DNA of 59,985 nucleotides, counting the filler, from Sphacelaria rigidula (lineage: Eukaryota): the NCBI GenBank assembly GCA_964200075.2. It is 6 parts of 6 records of this genome, joined end to end, with 100 filler letters (N's around TTAATTAATTAA, not from the genome) between each part and the next. Parts side by side here need not be neighbours in the genome. Positions count along the whole stretch, not along the records: positions 10,016 to 19,929 come from CAXNAA020007494.1; positions 20,030 to 29,943 come from CAXNAA020007495.1; 4 more parts are not named here. One strand, given 5' to 3'. A model generated the notes under the pieces. It was not told where the DNA came from. It worked only from the letters and a program-made list of their open reading frames with translations, and did not search any database. A program made the position numbers and the translations under genes. The stretch's first letter is position 1. Each line of letters begins with the position of its first letter. Shown here piece by piece: positions 12,450 to 24,044 of this stretch.

Positions 12450-12965
12450 GATGACCCACCCTGGACTCCCAAGGGTTCACTTTCAGAGCTGCGGGCAGGA
12501 CAATTTCATGCTCTAAAGGTTTCTTGTAATGCGGTCCATGGTGATAGCCATAGATAATGGGAGCCATGGGAAGGAACGCAGGGAAGGAGAGAGAGAAGAC
12601 AACAATCTACTGAACGGTACTGTCCTGTATTGTACTCGTGCCTTGTGGTTTGGCTTTATCCATTTTTACACAGCCACCTCCAGGGCGGTCGTCTGTTGTG
12701 CATTGGCATAGTTTTGACTTGGAAGATGAATGCAAGACCCAGGTTTCCCACCTTGCAGGCCGAAGGGTTCACTTTTAGAGCTAGGGGCAGGACGAGTTCA
12801 CGCTCTCCGAAGGTTTTTTGTAATCTGGTCCATGGTGATACCGACAGATCACGGGAGCAATGGGAAGGAACGCAGGGGGGGGGGGGAGAAGACAACACTC
12901 TACTGAACTATACCGTACTGCATTGCCCTGTACAATACTGTGCCTTGTTATGCTTTGTCCACTGT
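12450..12965. repeat. Diverged tandem duplication, period ~295 bp
   Basis: aagggttcacttt...gggcaggac...ggtccatggtgata...atgggaaggaacgcaggg...gagaagacaaca..ctactgaac at ~12471 and ~12763. Confidence 0.8.
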
Positions 12966-13549
12966 GGAGGCTCACAGCTCCAACGCTTCTCAAAGCTTTC
13001 ATGTATTCTGATCATTGGTGGCGCCCATAGAAGAAGGGAAGAGAAGCAGCGGGGGGAGAGATGAGACAATACTGCGCTATACCACACAGCTTTTGCACTG
13101 CATTGTACTACTGTTGCTGTTGTACTCTGTTTTAATTCGGGTTTGTCTGCAGTCACTCCGGGGGTGAGACATCTGCATCGAATAATACTTCCGCTTGAAA
13201 AATGAATCATCAGTACCACCATGAGTACAGCACCTGCGACAGCGTGTGTAGCGTGCGCAGAAGGCCTTCCGGGGTGCTCTTGGAACCGACCGGACAAATC
13301 CTTTGTTTCTGACTGACTAGCTTGATTTGTCCATCAGGAAAGGCCAGAAGCCAGGACACTTTTGGGGCCAATCTCTTATATGTTTTGTGAGCGATTCGCC
13401 TCCCGTACTGTAGTATACTGATACAGTATGAGCGTAACAACACGCAAACAGATCATAGTCGATTTCAAGTAGGGAGGAGGCAATAACGCGACAGGTGCAC
13501 GGGTATTGTCGCACGTCGAAACGCGGACCGCCTCCCGCACGAGAATGAG

Positions 13550-13554
<5 letters not shown>

Positions 13555-13587
<33 letters not shown>
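13555..13587. repeat. (CAG)n microsatellite
   Basis: About 10 tandem gca units. Confidence 0.9.
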
Positions 13588-13589
<2 letters not shown>

Positions 13590-13832
13590 TTTTTTGTCCT
13601 GTGGAAACCCGAGTTTGATTCTCGCATTGTTCACCATGTCACGAATCTTGTGGTGAACGACTAGAGGTGAAGGGTGCCAGTTCGTGGGCACCCGAGCAGT
13701 CATGTCAAAGACATGCAAGCACCAGAATCCGACTGAGCTCGAGGATAATTGTGCGTGCAAGATAGTTCAGGTGATGTTCATGCAGTAACGCTCCACCTGC
13801 AATGTGTCGAGCATGTGCTCGAGGCAACACCA

Positions 13833-14089
13833 GAGCAATGCTACGGTAGGGGTGCAGTTTTTCGCGAAATTATGTCTAGTTCAGGCGCTCCTAACGATTC
13901 TAGATTGCACAAAAGTATGGGTCAGGGCATCCATGTTTGCGTACTCATTCGGAATATTCCTAACACAAAGGAGTAGTAATCCTGGTGTACTTTCACATAT
14001 TTTCATAGGCCGTGTTTAGCATAAGATGAAGGGCTCCTAACAATTCTAACCTCAGAAACATTTTGTGCACCCCTACCATGCCATCACTC
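13833..14089. mobile_element. Non-autonomous TIR element (Sola2-like MITE, subfamily B)
   Basis: TIRs gagcaatgctacggtaggggtgca / tgcacccctaccatgccatcactc; 4-bp TSD ACCA on both sides. Confidence 0.78.
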
Positions 14090-15067
14090 ACCAGCTGCAG
14101 GCGAATCAGGCCTACTTTAGAAGACGGCGCAAGATAATCTCTGCAAAGCAGTCCCGGAGTTGACGTAAATGCTTCTGGTATTATCGGCCAACAGGCTAGT
14201 AACTGCTGTACCTGCTGGTATCAATCCTAAAAGCTTTGTGAAACAGGGGTAGACAATCGGATGCCAAGCTTGACAAAAGTATGACACATGGAACCTAGTC
14301 GACTGGAAAATTACCAGCTAATCCGTGACAAGTACATGTGTACGGGTGAGGGTGGGTCTGAATCAGCCGGTGCCGATGCTACTACTTCTGCTGCTGCTCT
14401 TCACCGTAGACGGTTCGCGTTTGGACCGTGCGACAATACCCACGCACGTTGCGAGTGATAGCCACCGTACTGGACATCGCTGGTACGTACTACCCACCGA
14501 TGGGTCCATGCTTGCTTACTCGGCGAAATTCTGGGAGATATAGCTGTGCGCATCTCTCTGTGGGAGCTGTGTACGTGGAGTGCGTCTCCCACGCGTGGCT
14601 ACTGCTGATGATGGCATTGAACCCAGCATGGCTACTGCTGCTAAACTTTCGTCACAAGCAGCCACCTACTGCGACACTCCCTCTGGTGTTGTGCCTTGGG
14701 GACCTGTATGTAGCCCACTGTTAGACTACACACTGTTGGACTTTTGTCCTGTCTTCAGTTTGACACATTGTACTATCTATAGATTGCTCTGCTTCGCATC
14801 GCGCTTCCTATTTTCCTATCCTTTCAAAGAGTGGAATGGAATGTAAAGGGAACTCTTTCAGCTTGGCTTGCTGACGGGCAGGCATTCTTGCGATGTAGGC
14901 TTTCTTCGCCGTTGAAACGGACATGATGGCTGGAGAAAGGTGACGTGAGGGCGGGGAGGGGTGTGCGCGAGTGTGGGGGTGAATGGTACGTAAGGAAATG
15001 TGACGTGGCGGCCGGAGTTTGAAAGTTGGAGACACGTTCCTTCTTTTCGTCGGGAAAACATTGATTT

Positions 15068-15320
15068 GAGTGATGCTACGGTGGGGTTGCACTTTTCGAG
15101 CGAAAATATTCCTCGGGGTGTCGTACGGATCATTTCGAAAATCGGCATCATTTTCACTCGAAAAAGGCTGAAACTGATGCTGACTTACGCAAAGGCCCCC
15201 GTGCGCATCTCCATGTCCTGTCCTCGGAGATTTGGGTCGGACAGTAAGCCCCATATATTTGGGCTCCAACAAAAACGAGACCCAGAAACAAAAAGTGCAA
15301 CCCCTTTCGTAGCATTGCTC
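15068..15320 (+). mobile_element. Non-autonomous TIR element (Sola2-like MITE, subfamily A)
   Basis: TIRs gagtgatgctacggtggggttgcac / gtgcaacccctttcgtagcattgctc; TSD ATTT on both sides; homologous to 47733-47984. Confidence 0.85.
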
Positions 15321-15654
15321 ATTTGTGGAACGTCTGTTGAGAACGAATGCTTCGACTAACGACCATTTTCACACCCGCCGCATTTCTCAACTTGCGTACA
15401 CATCTGGGTTCCAAGTTTTTGGATTTGCGCCTTTCATCGAATACTGGACGGGTTTCCGTCGTACCAAGGCTGTCGTGTGTGGATGATGAGGTATCACTTG
15501 AACGATGCGCGTGAGTGGTTGGTGTCTGTGCGTGTTTTTTCAGGGCTGGGTGTGTAGGTGTTGTGCTCCGTTGTTGCATCTTGTCGGCAGCATTAAGCAG
15601 ACCTTGGACTTGGTCGGACTAACGACCACTACCACACCCGCTGCAATTCTCAAC

Positions 15655-16050
15655 CTGCGTGCAGATCTGGGCTACAAGTTTTTGCATTTGAATACAGTCC
15701 GTCTACACGTTTCCAGCGGTGTATGAAGTCAGCCGAAGAACTAAAACATGGGACATGGCTTGTCTCACTGTACTGCAGCACAAACACTGCGTGCAGATCT
15801 GGGCTACAAGTTTTTGCATTTAAATACAGTCCGTCTTCACGTTTCGAGCGGTGTATGAAATCAGCCGAAGAACTAAAACATGGAACATGTCTTGTCTCAC
15901 TGTACTGCAGCACAAACACTGCGTGCAGATCTGGGCTACAAGTTTTTGCATTTGAATACAGTCCGTCTACACGTTTCGAGCGGTGTATGAAATCAGCCGA
16001 AGAACTGAAACATGAGGCATGTCTTGTCTCACTGTACTGCAGCACAAACA
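15655..16050. repeat. Tandem repeat, 3 x 132 bp
   Basis: ctgcgtgcagatctgggctacaag starts at 15655, 15787 and 15919; the units are nearly identical. Confidence 0.95.
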
Positions 16051-18003
16051 CACTCACTTCCGCTCTCATGTGCTGTATCACTGTTCTGGGGTATTTTTAG
16101 AGCTTGCGAAGACGGTTTGGTCTCCGCTAAGATTGCTTGATGTGCTGTAGTGTTGTGTTCATCTCTGTAACCAAGCTGTAACATAAAATAGTATCAGTCA
16201 GGACGCTGTGATTTTGCAACAAGAGAAGCTGATGCATACTGTATACAGTCCATCTTCAGGTTCTAATACCAGAAAACACTGCACAGCTGCCGTGTTGTCT
16301 TGTGTTCAGTATAGTACTCTGCACCTCATATACCACTGCAGAGTTGTCTTGTGCTAATTGTACCACCCTGTACTCCAGATAATGGGGTCATCCTCTGAGC
16401 AGTTTTTCAAAAAGTTCTCGTTGTTTCTTCAAAAGTATTCTGAAAAAACGAGAGTGTTTTCTGTCACAGAAATCCAATGCCGAATCTGGAAGAGCCTGAC
16501 AACAACCACTTTGAAAATTGGACTGATATATTGAACGACTGCGTTGGAATCAAAGCTCTGAAAAAATCAAAAGTTTTGTGTCACACGTTTCATGTCACAA
16601 GAAAACAATGTGACACGAGAAAATGCACTTGGACAGCACCATTTTTCATGCTGAAATTAAAATCATCTGTTCGCTCCACGAGCGAGTTCACGACTTGCCC
16701 CGTTTCTCATGCCATTTCCACGACTTGTAGACCGAAGTTGAACCTACGAGCTCCGGACGAGAAGTCCGAGGTCGTTGATGACTCTTCCAGTTTACCATTA
16801 TTTCAGGTCCTCGTTACCCCATATCGATCGACGATCCCAACAGAGCAGCCTAGCGAAATGGGAAGAAATCCGAGTGTCGAATCTCTCGAATCACCGACGA
16901 CCTCGGGGTCCCCTTCAGGACAAAGCACATCGAATGTCATCTACAAAACTCTTGAAAGCGTCTCTTAACTCTGGAAAATAGCGTCAGGACCGGCTGGCGG
17001 TCACATTTGGGAATTATTTTTCCGAGGAATAGCTGGTGCTAAAACCGAGGAAGCTTCGCAACTAACGAACAAACGAGCGAACGGACGGAAGATTGAGCGA
17101 ATCGGCAGAACCGCAACACGTTTCCGCACGCAGAAAGATGATCCCATTTGTGCTGAAAATAATTCATTAGAGAAGCATGTCCTTGTGAGATGGTTGCTGC
17201 AGCTGCAGTTCGTTTAGATGGCCATACCCATCACAGAGGCCGTAACCCTGACTGATTGTAAGCTATGTCGAACGGCTGATGAATGAGGAACGGGGGGCGG
17301 ACGATCGAAAAGGGCTAGGTAATACATGATCATACGCGCATAACGACAAGAAAGACAATATCATGGAGATGCTTGTCAATGATCGTCTTACCCTCCGAAG
17401 AGTAGCATACCTCCAACCCCTTCCCTTCCTCAGTACAAGCCCTTGGTCTCCAGGGTTGAAGCTATTTTCCCCCGGGCACACGCCTTACATTTTGATATCG
17501 CGGATTGACTCATGATTAGCACTCTCGCACCGCTTCGACTCGTCACAGAAGCAGGTCTCATTACTCCTCACACCCTCAGGTTTTCAACGAAGGAAAGCAG
17601 ATATTTCCTGTATGAAAAAATGAATGCATCTGCCTGTCATCGAACGCCTATTCTTCCGACCTAACGACTCAGATATCGTGTACCATTACGCTGCCGGGGC
17701 ACAACGGCATGTATTTGTATTGCTAATCATTGGATCATGGCTACAAGCACTCCTGCGACTTGTCGACCTTCGTCGACTTTGCTGCCAAGCAACGTTGTCA
17801 CTATTCCTTCGACGGGAACCAATCGAAGGAATAAACGCAACTCAAAGACTATTTGACTCCAACACCTTGCCCAGTCTCATGTATCACTTCGACCAACGAG
17901 GCGCTGCGGAAACATGAACCTCAAGATCTCTAGTACTATAATATATCATCTTTGTAACTCTACTTTGGTGTCGACACGCCCATCGCATGGGAGCTTCCTG
18001 CGT

Positions 18004-18111
18004 TTAGAACGGAGTTTCGACCTTGTTGAGCGACCGCACCATACCGTTATTTGCCACGTCTATGTACGTCTTGAGGGCGTCTCGACCGGCTGTCCACGCC
18101 GCCTTGGCCTC
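18004..18111 (-). CDS. Putative terminal coding exon of a spliced host gene (EAKAAWTAGRDALKTYIDVANNGMVRSLNKVETPF*)
   Basis: Branch-site CTAAC ~50 nt upstream, acceptor ggttcacag|G, 35 mostly G/C-ending codons then TAA; amphipathic helical peptide. Upstream exons not found in this piece. Confidence 0.6.
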   Translation of the reverse strand, partial: EAKAAWTAGRDALKTYIDVANNGMVRSLNKVETPF

Positions 18112-18461
18112 CTGTGAACCACACCACGTGCATATATATGGGATAATGCGGCAGTAGACACGTTAGCGTACACCGTAAATTCGGCGCTGCTGCCAATGCT
18201 GACTTCACTGCAGAACCTGACGCGGCTGCGATGAGCACTCACTACGAAAAAAGACTCCCCGAACGGCACGACCCTTCATGCCTGGATGACAAATACCGCG
18301 GAAGTATCACCCCTCGGTACACCGGACGATTGGTTTCAGAGACACATGCATATATATATATATACTTTAACCTCTTCAAAAAATAAAAATAAATCACCTC
18401 TGCCGACTTGTAGTGATACTAAGGCCCATTATTATCGACTCTGTTCGTTCAGGCAGGTGAC

Positions 18462-18558
18462 CGCTTAGACGGCGAGAGTAGGTCGTTTGCTGAATCGGTA
18501 CAATTTCACTTCGAAGAAGTATGAATGATCCAGATGAACTACCCTCGTGGTCTAAGAG
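18462..18558 (-). mobile_element. Single diverged copy of the ~100-bp piggyBac-like MITE
   Basis: cgcttagacggcgag...ctcgtggtctaagag ends; interior matches the units at 30977-31521. Confidence 0.65.
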
Positions 18559-19363
18559 TGAAATGATAGATGTTTGTCGTTGAGCATTCTCACCGAAAAT
18601 CACCGAACAGTTTATACCGTACTGCTTCCTTTCTTCTTTTTTTTCTTCTTTCCTTTCGAAGGCCGTTGCTTTTGTCTTCTTCTGTTTCTTTCCTTCTTGT
18701 TCTTTCAATATTCTGGGGGGTTTTCGCTGCTCCTGACCACGGGCTGGATTCTTGCTATCAGCTAATGTGAGATAATCAATCAATTAATCAAACCGTAACA
18801 TTATAGGTACAGCGATGGTGAATGTGGGGCGGGTGTCTTCTTCCAAGGGTTAGGAGCAGTGGTCACTACACAGGGGGATAACGACATATTTGTGGACCGG
18901 ACAGCCTTTTCAGGGCGTGATGGAATCGTCAAACAGGTGAAATAGTATATTTTTCTCGTTGAGTGCCCGTCGAGTATACCGGCACCTCCGCCGGAAATCA
19001 ACGAACAGGTTACCGTGACACGATGGGTGCGGGCGGCCGTAGTAGATGTTATGGGGCCGGGGTCGCCGACATCTGCCCGAGAAAGATATACTGTAAGTAG
19101 GTCGTTTCTTTTTACTCTCTTATCGTTCAACCCGCATGGCGGGACTCTTTATATTCTTCTTTCCGTCTTCAACATCAAATTGCAACCGCGGCTCATTGCC
19201 CACGAGAGCTTGGCAACGCAAGAAAATCGCGGCCCTCGAAGAAGACGGACGGGACCGGGGCGATAGCCCCGGTCCCGAACGGCTTGTACTGTATCATATG
19301 TTTCAAGGCAACGCAGCAATGCGGGTCGTGGCACCCCTGTGCGATGACCCCGATATGTGCTAT

Positions 19364-19772
19364 GAAGGGTAGGAGGGGGGGCGATGCAAGGTAGTCTACC
19401 AACCAAACTCAAAAACTACCAAATTCAAAGAGACCCCAGAGTCCTCCCACCCATGTACCCAATCCAGCAACGGGGTTCACCTCCCAACCTTAGCCTACCC
19501 AACACTATCCAACGCAACAAAACCCAGTAGCAATATATAAAACGGAGTCTGCAGTGGGGTAGAGGTTGAGGGTTGTCACAAACCAGACTCCCGCCAGGTC
19601 AGTGTCTGGTTGATTCACGTCCCCAATACTACAGAAAGTACTACGATACTCGGCCTATCGCTTCAACAACCCCTAGGTGCCGGCATGCGTAAGTGATGAC
19701 TTGTCCTGCCTTGTCGTATCGTCGTTATTCATTGCATCACTGATGGCCTAATGGCGAGTAAGGGGCCTTACA
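19364..19772 (+). mobile_element. Putative PPT plus LTR (19385-19772) of a truncated LTR element
   Basis: Purine tract gaagggtaggagggggggcga followed by TGCAAGG...CCTTACA inverted termini; internal TATA-like tatataaaa near 19534. No partner LTR in the piece. Confidence 0.5.
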
Positions 19773-19860
19773 GACTGGAATGTGTTATTCACCGCCCCCG
19801 AATCCCGAAAACCTCATTCTGGGCGACGGGTGGGGGGGGGGGGGGGGGCGGCGATACTTA

Positions 19861-19893
<33 letters not shown>

Positions 19894-19929
19894 GGGCGGC
19901 GGGGGCGGCGGGAGAAGGAAAAAAAGAGA

Positions 19930-20029
19930 NNNNNNNNNNNNNNNNNNNNNNNNNNNNNNNNNNNNNNNNNNNNTTAATTAATTAANNNNNNNNNNNNNNN
20001 NNNNNNNNNNNNNNNNNNNNNNNNNNNNN
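19930..20029. other. Artificial contig spacer
   Basis: Same N44-TTAATTAATTAA-N44 structure. Confidence 0.97.
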
Positions 20030-20628
20030 AACGCGTTGAGGTAGAAAGGATTTCGGGTCATCAACTGGTTCGTGGTCGTGGAGGTAAGATAGCGGTAATG
20101 TATCAAACACATTGGAAGGGTATCATGCGTGTTACGTGGGAGCGTGAGGTTGATTTGCGTCATTTTCGTCGGGAAATATTGCTGTACTGGGTGGGGGATA
20201 CCGCCCAACACCGCCCGCTGAATAAGAGATATCGGTCGATGCGCAAAGGAGCTGCCGCTCGAGAACTGGCACGTGAACACTCAGCGCGGTTTGTTGTGAC
20301 AGGATATAGCCTCCTCTCGCGTTCACAATACATGCAGTCTTTCCACGGAAAACGATTGCCAAAAGGGGCGTATTTTTGGTATAAGGCTTTGGATTCACTG
20401 TGGTGGTTAGGAAAAATTCATCTGGTCGACCCTGCATCTGACCACTCCTACTTTATCCGTTTTCTTGATGACCCGAGCCCCCTTAAGATTCGCTTGGATG
20501 ATGCGTACTACACCGAGGAGCCGACCGCCCGGAGGGGATCCTGGTGCCTCCAACGACACGACCAAGGCAAACTCGAAACAGCCGTTCTACGGAACACGGA
20601 CACCGCTTGGGATGCAGATGACTCATGA
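20030..20628 (+). CDS. pol: Integrase C-terminal extension (chromo-like and Tudor-like segments), 5' truncated
   Basis: Nearly the same peptide as the tail of the integrase ORF at 24917; open through WWLGKI to the stop. Confidence 0.8.
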
Positions 20629-23414
20629 TGCCGCATCCGAGTCTGCTTCCCCATTCACCTTGCGTAGTGTACCGCGTTCAAGTCGCTTGTCTTACACTGT
20701 AACGTCGTTGGAAAAGCATGTGTACCCCCCTCCTCCCCCCCCTTCATTTTGTTTTTCGTACTGGGTAGCCCCATACTTGTAGTGGTTGATGTTGTGTTTT
20801 GTAATTGGTATTTGGTCTTAGTTTTGTATATTTTATATTTTTTTTGTGTTGTGTTTTGTTTCTTGTTACTTTGGACCTGATTTTGTGTTACAGTTTTCTT
20901 TGCCTTTGCGTAGTTTGTTTTGATTTGTTTTTCTCTTTGTTTTTTTTTGTTTTTCTCTTCTTTTTTCTTCTCTTTTCGCCTCGTGTTTTGTTTTCGATGT
21001 TTTGTGTTCAATGGGTAATTTTCTTGTCTGGGTTCATCTGGCAAAGTACAAATGACGACCGTTCCATTCCTGACCCCGAGTGTGGAACCTTGATCCTCCG
21101 TCCTCCGCGCCGTACATTGACAACCACTCCGTCTACTAGAACAGTTGCCACGAGTTATTTATTTTCTCCATTTTGTTTTCTTGCTTGCTTATTACATGGT
21201 CTTTATGTTTCATGGGAGAGTTTCCGGAGCAAGCGCTAGCCAAACCTGACGCCCACGTCAATATTTGCGCTCTTGTTCAATCGCTCCGCACGCGAGTGCT
21301 GCCTCCTTCTTCGGGACCGGTCATGACGTGTCCTTTTTTGTGTGTCATATGTTGCCGGTATTATTTTTTTTCGGTGGAGAGTTTTAGGAGCGAGCGCTGC
21401 ATATACCTGACCTCCCCGTCTGGAACCATTGCGCTCTTGCCCAACCGCTCCATACACGCATACCGCCTCCCTTTTCGGGATCGGTCGTGACGTGCTCCCT
21501 TCTGGCGTGCGTACCACGCTGAGTTTTGTATTAACATGGGCGATAGTAGCCGAAGCGAATGCCTGAAATATTTTGACTTTCTTGATCGAAAATTTTGACT
21601 CTGCTTGCTTCATACAGACGATAACCGCTCCCGTTGACAAGGACGGTTGCCACGTGTAGTTTTTCTGCTTGATGTTGCCGATTTTCGTTTTCGCTGTTTC
21701 CCAGCGTGCCCCTGGTTTTGTGTTTATTTTGGTTTTGGTTTCTGCGTCTATGTCGGGAATTTCGCCACGAGTGTTCCAACGTTCCTGACCCTCGGGTCTA
21801 GAACACTTGGCCTACTTCTTTTGCGCGAGTCCTGCCGCATGTGACCGACCTCGTTTCTAGGAGGGTCACGGGTGATGCGACGCGATGATTCATACTTTGG
21901 TGATTGATAAGTTACAACGAGGCCACCACTGGCCGCGTCGTACATAGCGGTGTTGATGAATTGTTATTGAAGTCGTGGTATGACCAGTTGCAAACGTCTC
22001 CTCATACAGGACCATTTCGTATCATGACAAGGTAGATTGCTCTTCCGGAACTGTCCGTTCCCCCATGTCGATATGCGAACGTTGGTACAGTCCGCCACTG
22101 GCTGTTTTTTTCTGTCACTTTTGCCAGTTTTTTGCGTATAATTACCCGCCCCTGAAAATTGGTCGGTGGTGTTTTGTTTTTTATCAGGGATTATTGGACG
22201 AAGTAACGTGACAGTACGACCGGCTGTGGTTTTCACTCCAGTTTGTGTTCGGGCCAGTCTCGTTTTAGTCCGAACGGGAAGATACTGTGAGGAGTGGGCT
22301 GCGTTGGTCTTCTCTGTTCTGTGTATTTGTCGTGGTTCAGAAATGTGCTGAGCGATCCGCCTCGGAGCTACGTAGAAGGACCGAAGGTTGTGTATCGTTC
22401 ACGACATTTCTTTTGACGTGTACAGACACCTGACCTCACAAACCGGTCGGTTGTTTTCGTATCGTCGTGTGAGAAAAAAAAAGAAGCTGTACGACTGGAT
22501 CATCAACTAGACGTCTCAAGCAAGTTGTTGCTCTCACAAACATGTACCGACAGTTAACTGACGTCAAACGGGTTGATTTGCCGGTGTCATGCTATTTGGC
22601 TTTCTTTATCAACGTATGGTTTTCAAGGGAAACCACCATTTCCGCGACGAAATCGGCTGTACGCTGCTGGTTTTTCCTGATTGACTGGGACGAGTGATTA
22701 GCATGAACTTGGTTATCGAAGTGATATGATGCCTTGGCGGGCTTGCTTGTTTTTCTACCAATGACCTAAAACACATCGGACATCCGGAAAAGAGCGAACT
22801 ATTTATTCACGGTATAGTTATGGCAGGGTAGGATAATCGTTTCAATGATTGGTCTCTGATTTCCGTGTCTATCCCGGAAATGCTTACGACATTCTGAAGA
22901 CACTGCAGTTTGTAGTATATGGTTTAATTGTTGATTTTGGTCTTTATTTTTTATTTTTTTTGGATTTCCCATGATCCCGTCTGAAGAACTCTTGGAACAT
23001 GAGCACACCGAATCAATGTATCGGTTCGATTTTTTTTCTTTGCTTTGTGCTGGTGCTTGTATGTTATTGATTTTTGTGTTGATCGCCCCTTCCCGTACCC
23101 CGTACCAACGAAGACTTCTGTGGTGTGGTCGAGGTGTGGCTCGATTCAAGTTCGCCCCTTTTTGAATTGGAACTGCACTTGAACGATCCAGGATGGGCTA
23201 ATGTGATGGTAAGTTACTGGGTGCCTGAATTAAACTAGTTCTCTGGGATCCGTAGATGGGTCCCCAGAAACGACCGGCGGGTATGGAAAGATTCTAGTCG
23301 AATGCATGCTGTATAATGCAGGAATGGGATTGCTTTATTGTTGAAGCGTTGATGTTGGAAAAGGATTGTACCCGATTCGCCGCGTGTACCTGTTGCTACT
23401 ACAGCCTTGATTGG
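20030..23414 (+). mobile_element. Gypsy-like retrotransposon 3' part, copy A
   Basis: Collinear with ~25926-29350 (offset ~5.9 kb); integrase tail followed by ~2.8 kb non-coding sequence. Confidence 0.88.
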
Positions 23415-24044
23415 ATAAAAGCACGGCGCGTCACGCTGACTAGGTATTATGACACGGTTGTAAGCGGGGCAGGAGGACTTACTGACAAAATAGCTTTCCC
23501 CAGGTGTTGTAACTCACCTACCGAGGTCACTCGATCCACCGGCAAGTCTGCAGGCATCTATTGGATACAATAAGAGCTTTTTACGATCACCAACCACCAC
23601 CGGTCTCTCAGCCTACAGTGTCGCGAGCCACAGCATTGGACGTGAGTCTTAGCTGTGTTGTATTTCTACCCTCATCCACAATTGTTACTTGTTTTCTGGC
23701 TTGGGGCTGTGTGGTTTTCCCCTTTTGACAGCTGGGCTATTGTATTGAGAGATTGAAGCAACAGGTTGAGAGCAGCAAGTCAATCCAGGACCGCTTGCAG
23801 ACACCTCACAAGGATGTGGCTTGCTTGCGTTCGGCGTATACGGCTTTACTGCTTGCGGTTTTGCCTATACCGCCACATTCATGGGGCTTCAGAGGTAGCT
23901 TGTTTTATTCAAGCTGTAGAGTTTCTTTCTCGTGGGCTGCTGCTGCACACATCAGCCGACCACAAGTTTTCGTTTGTTTGTATTTTCAAGTCCTGTACTT
24001 TCGGTCTTTGATTTTCGCTTGATTTTGTGTACACCGTACACCGG

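Noticed and set aside
16477..16968. 163-aa ORF
   Set aside because: No motif, splice context or repeat homology that I can support.
19829..19929. Poly-G/poly-C runs as G-quadruplex elements (also 564-600, 33323-33347, 33455-33479)
   Set aside because: Adjacent to gaps or contig ends, where homopolymer length is unreliable.
20655..21239. Lys-rich and Phe-rich membrane-like ORFs (also 26440-27085)
   Set aside because: Translation of a T-rich low-complexity tract in the retroelement tail.
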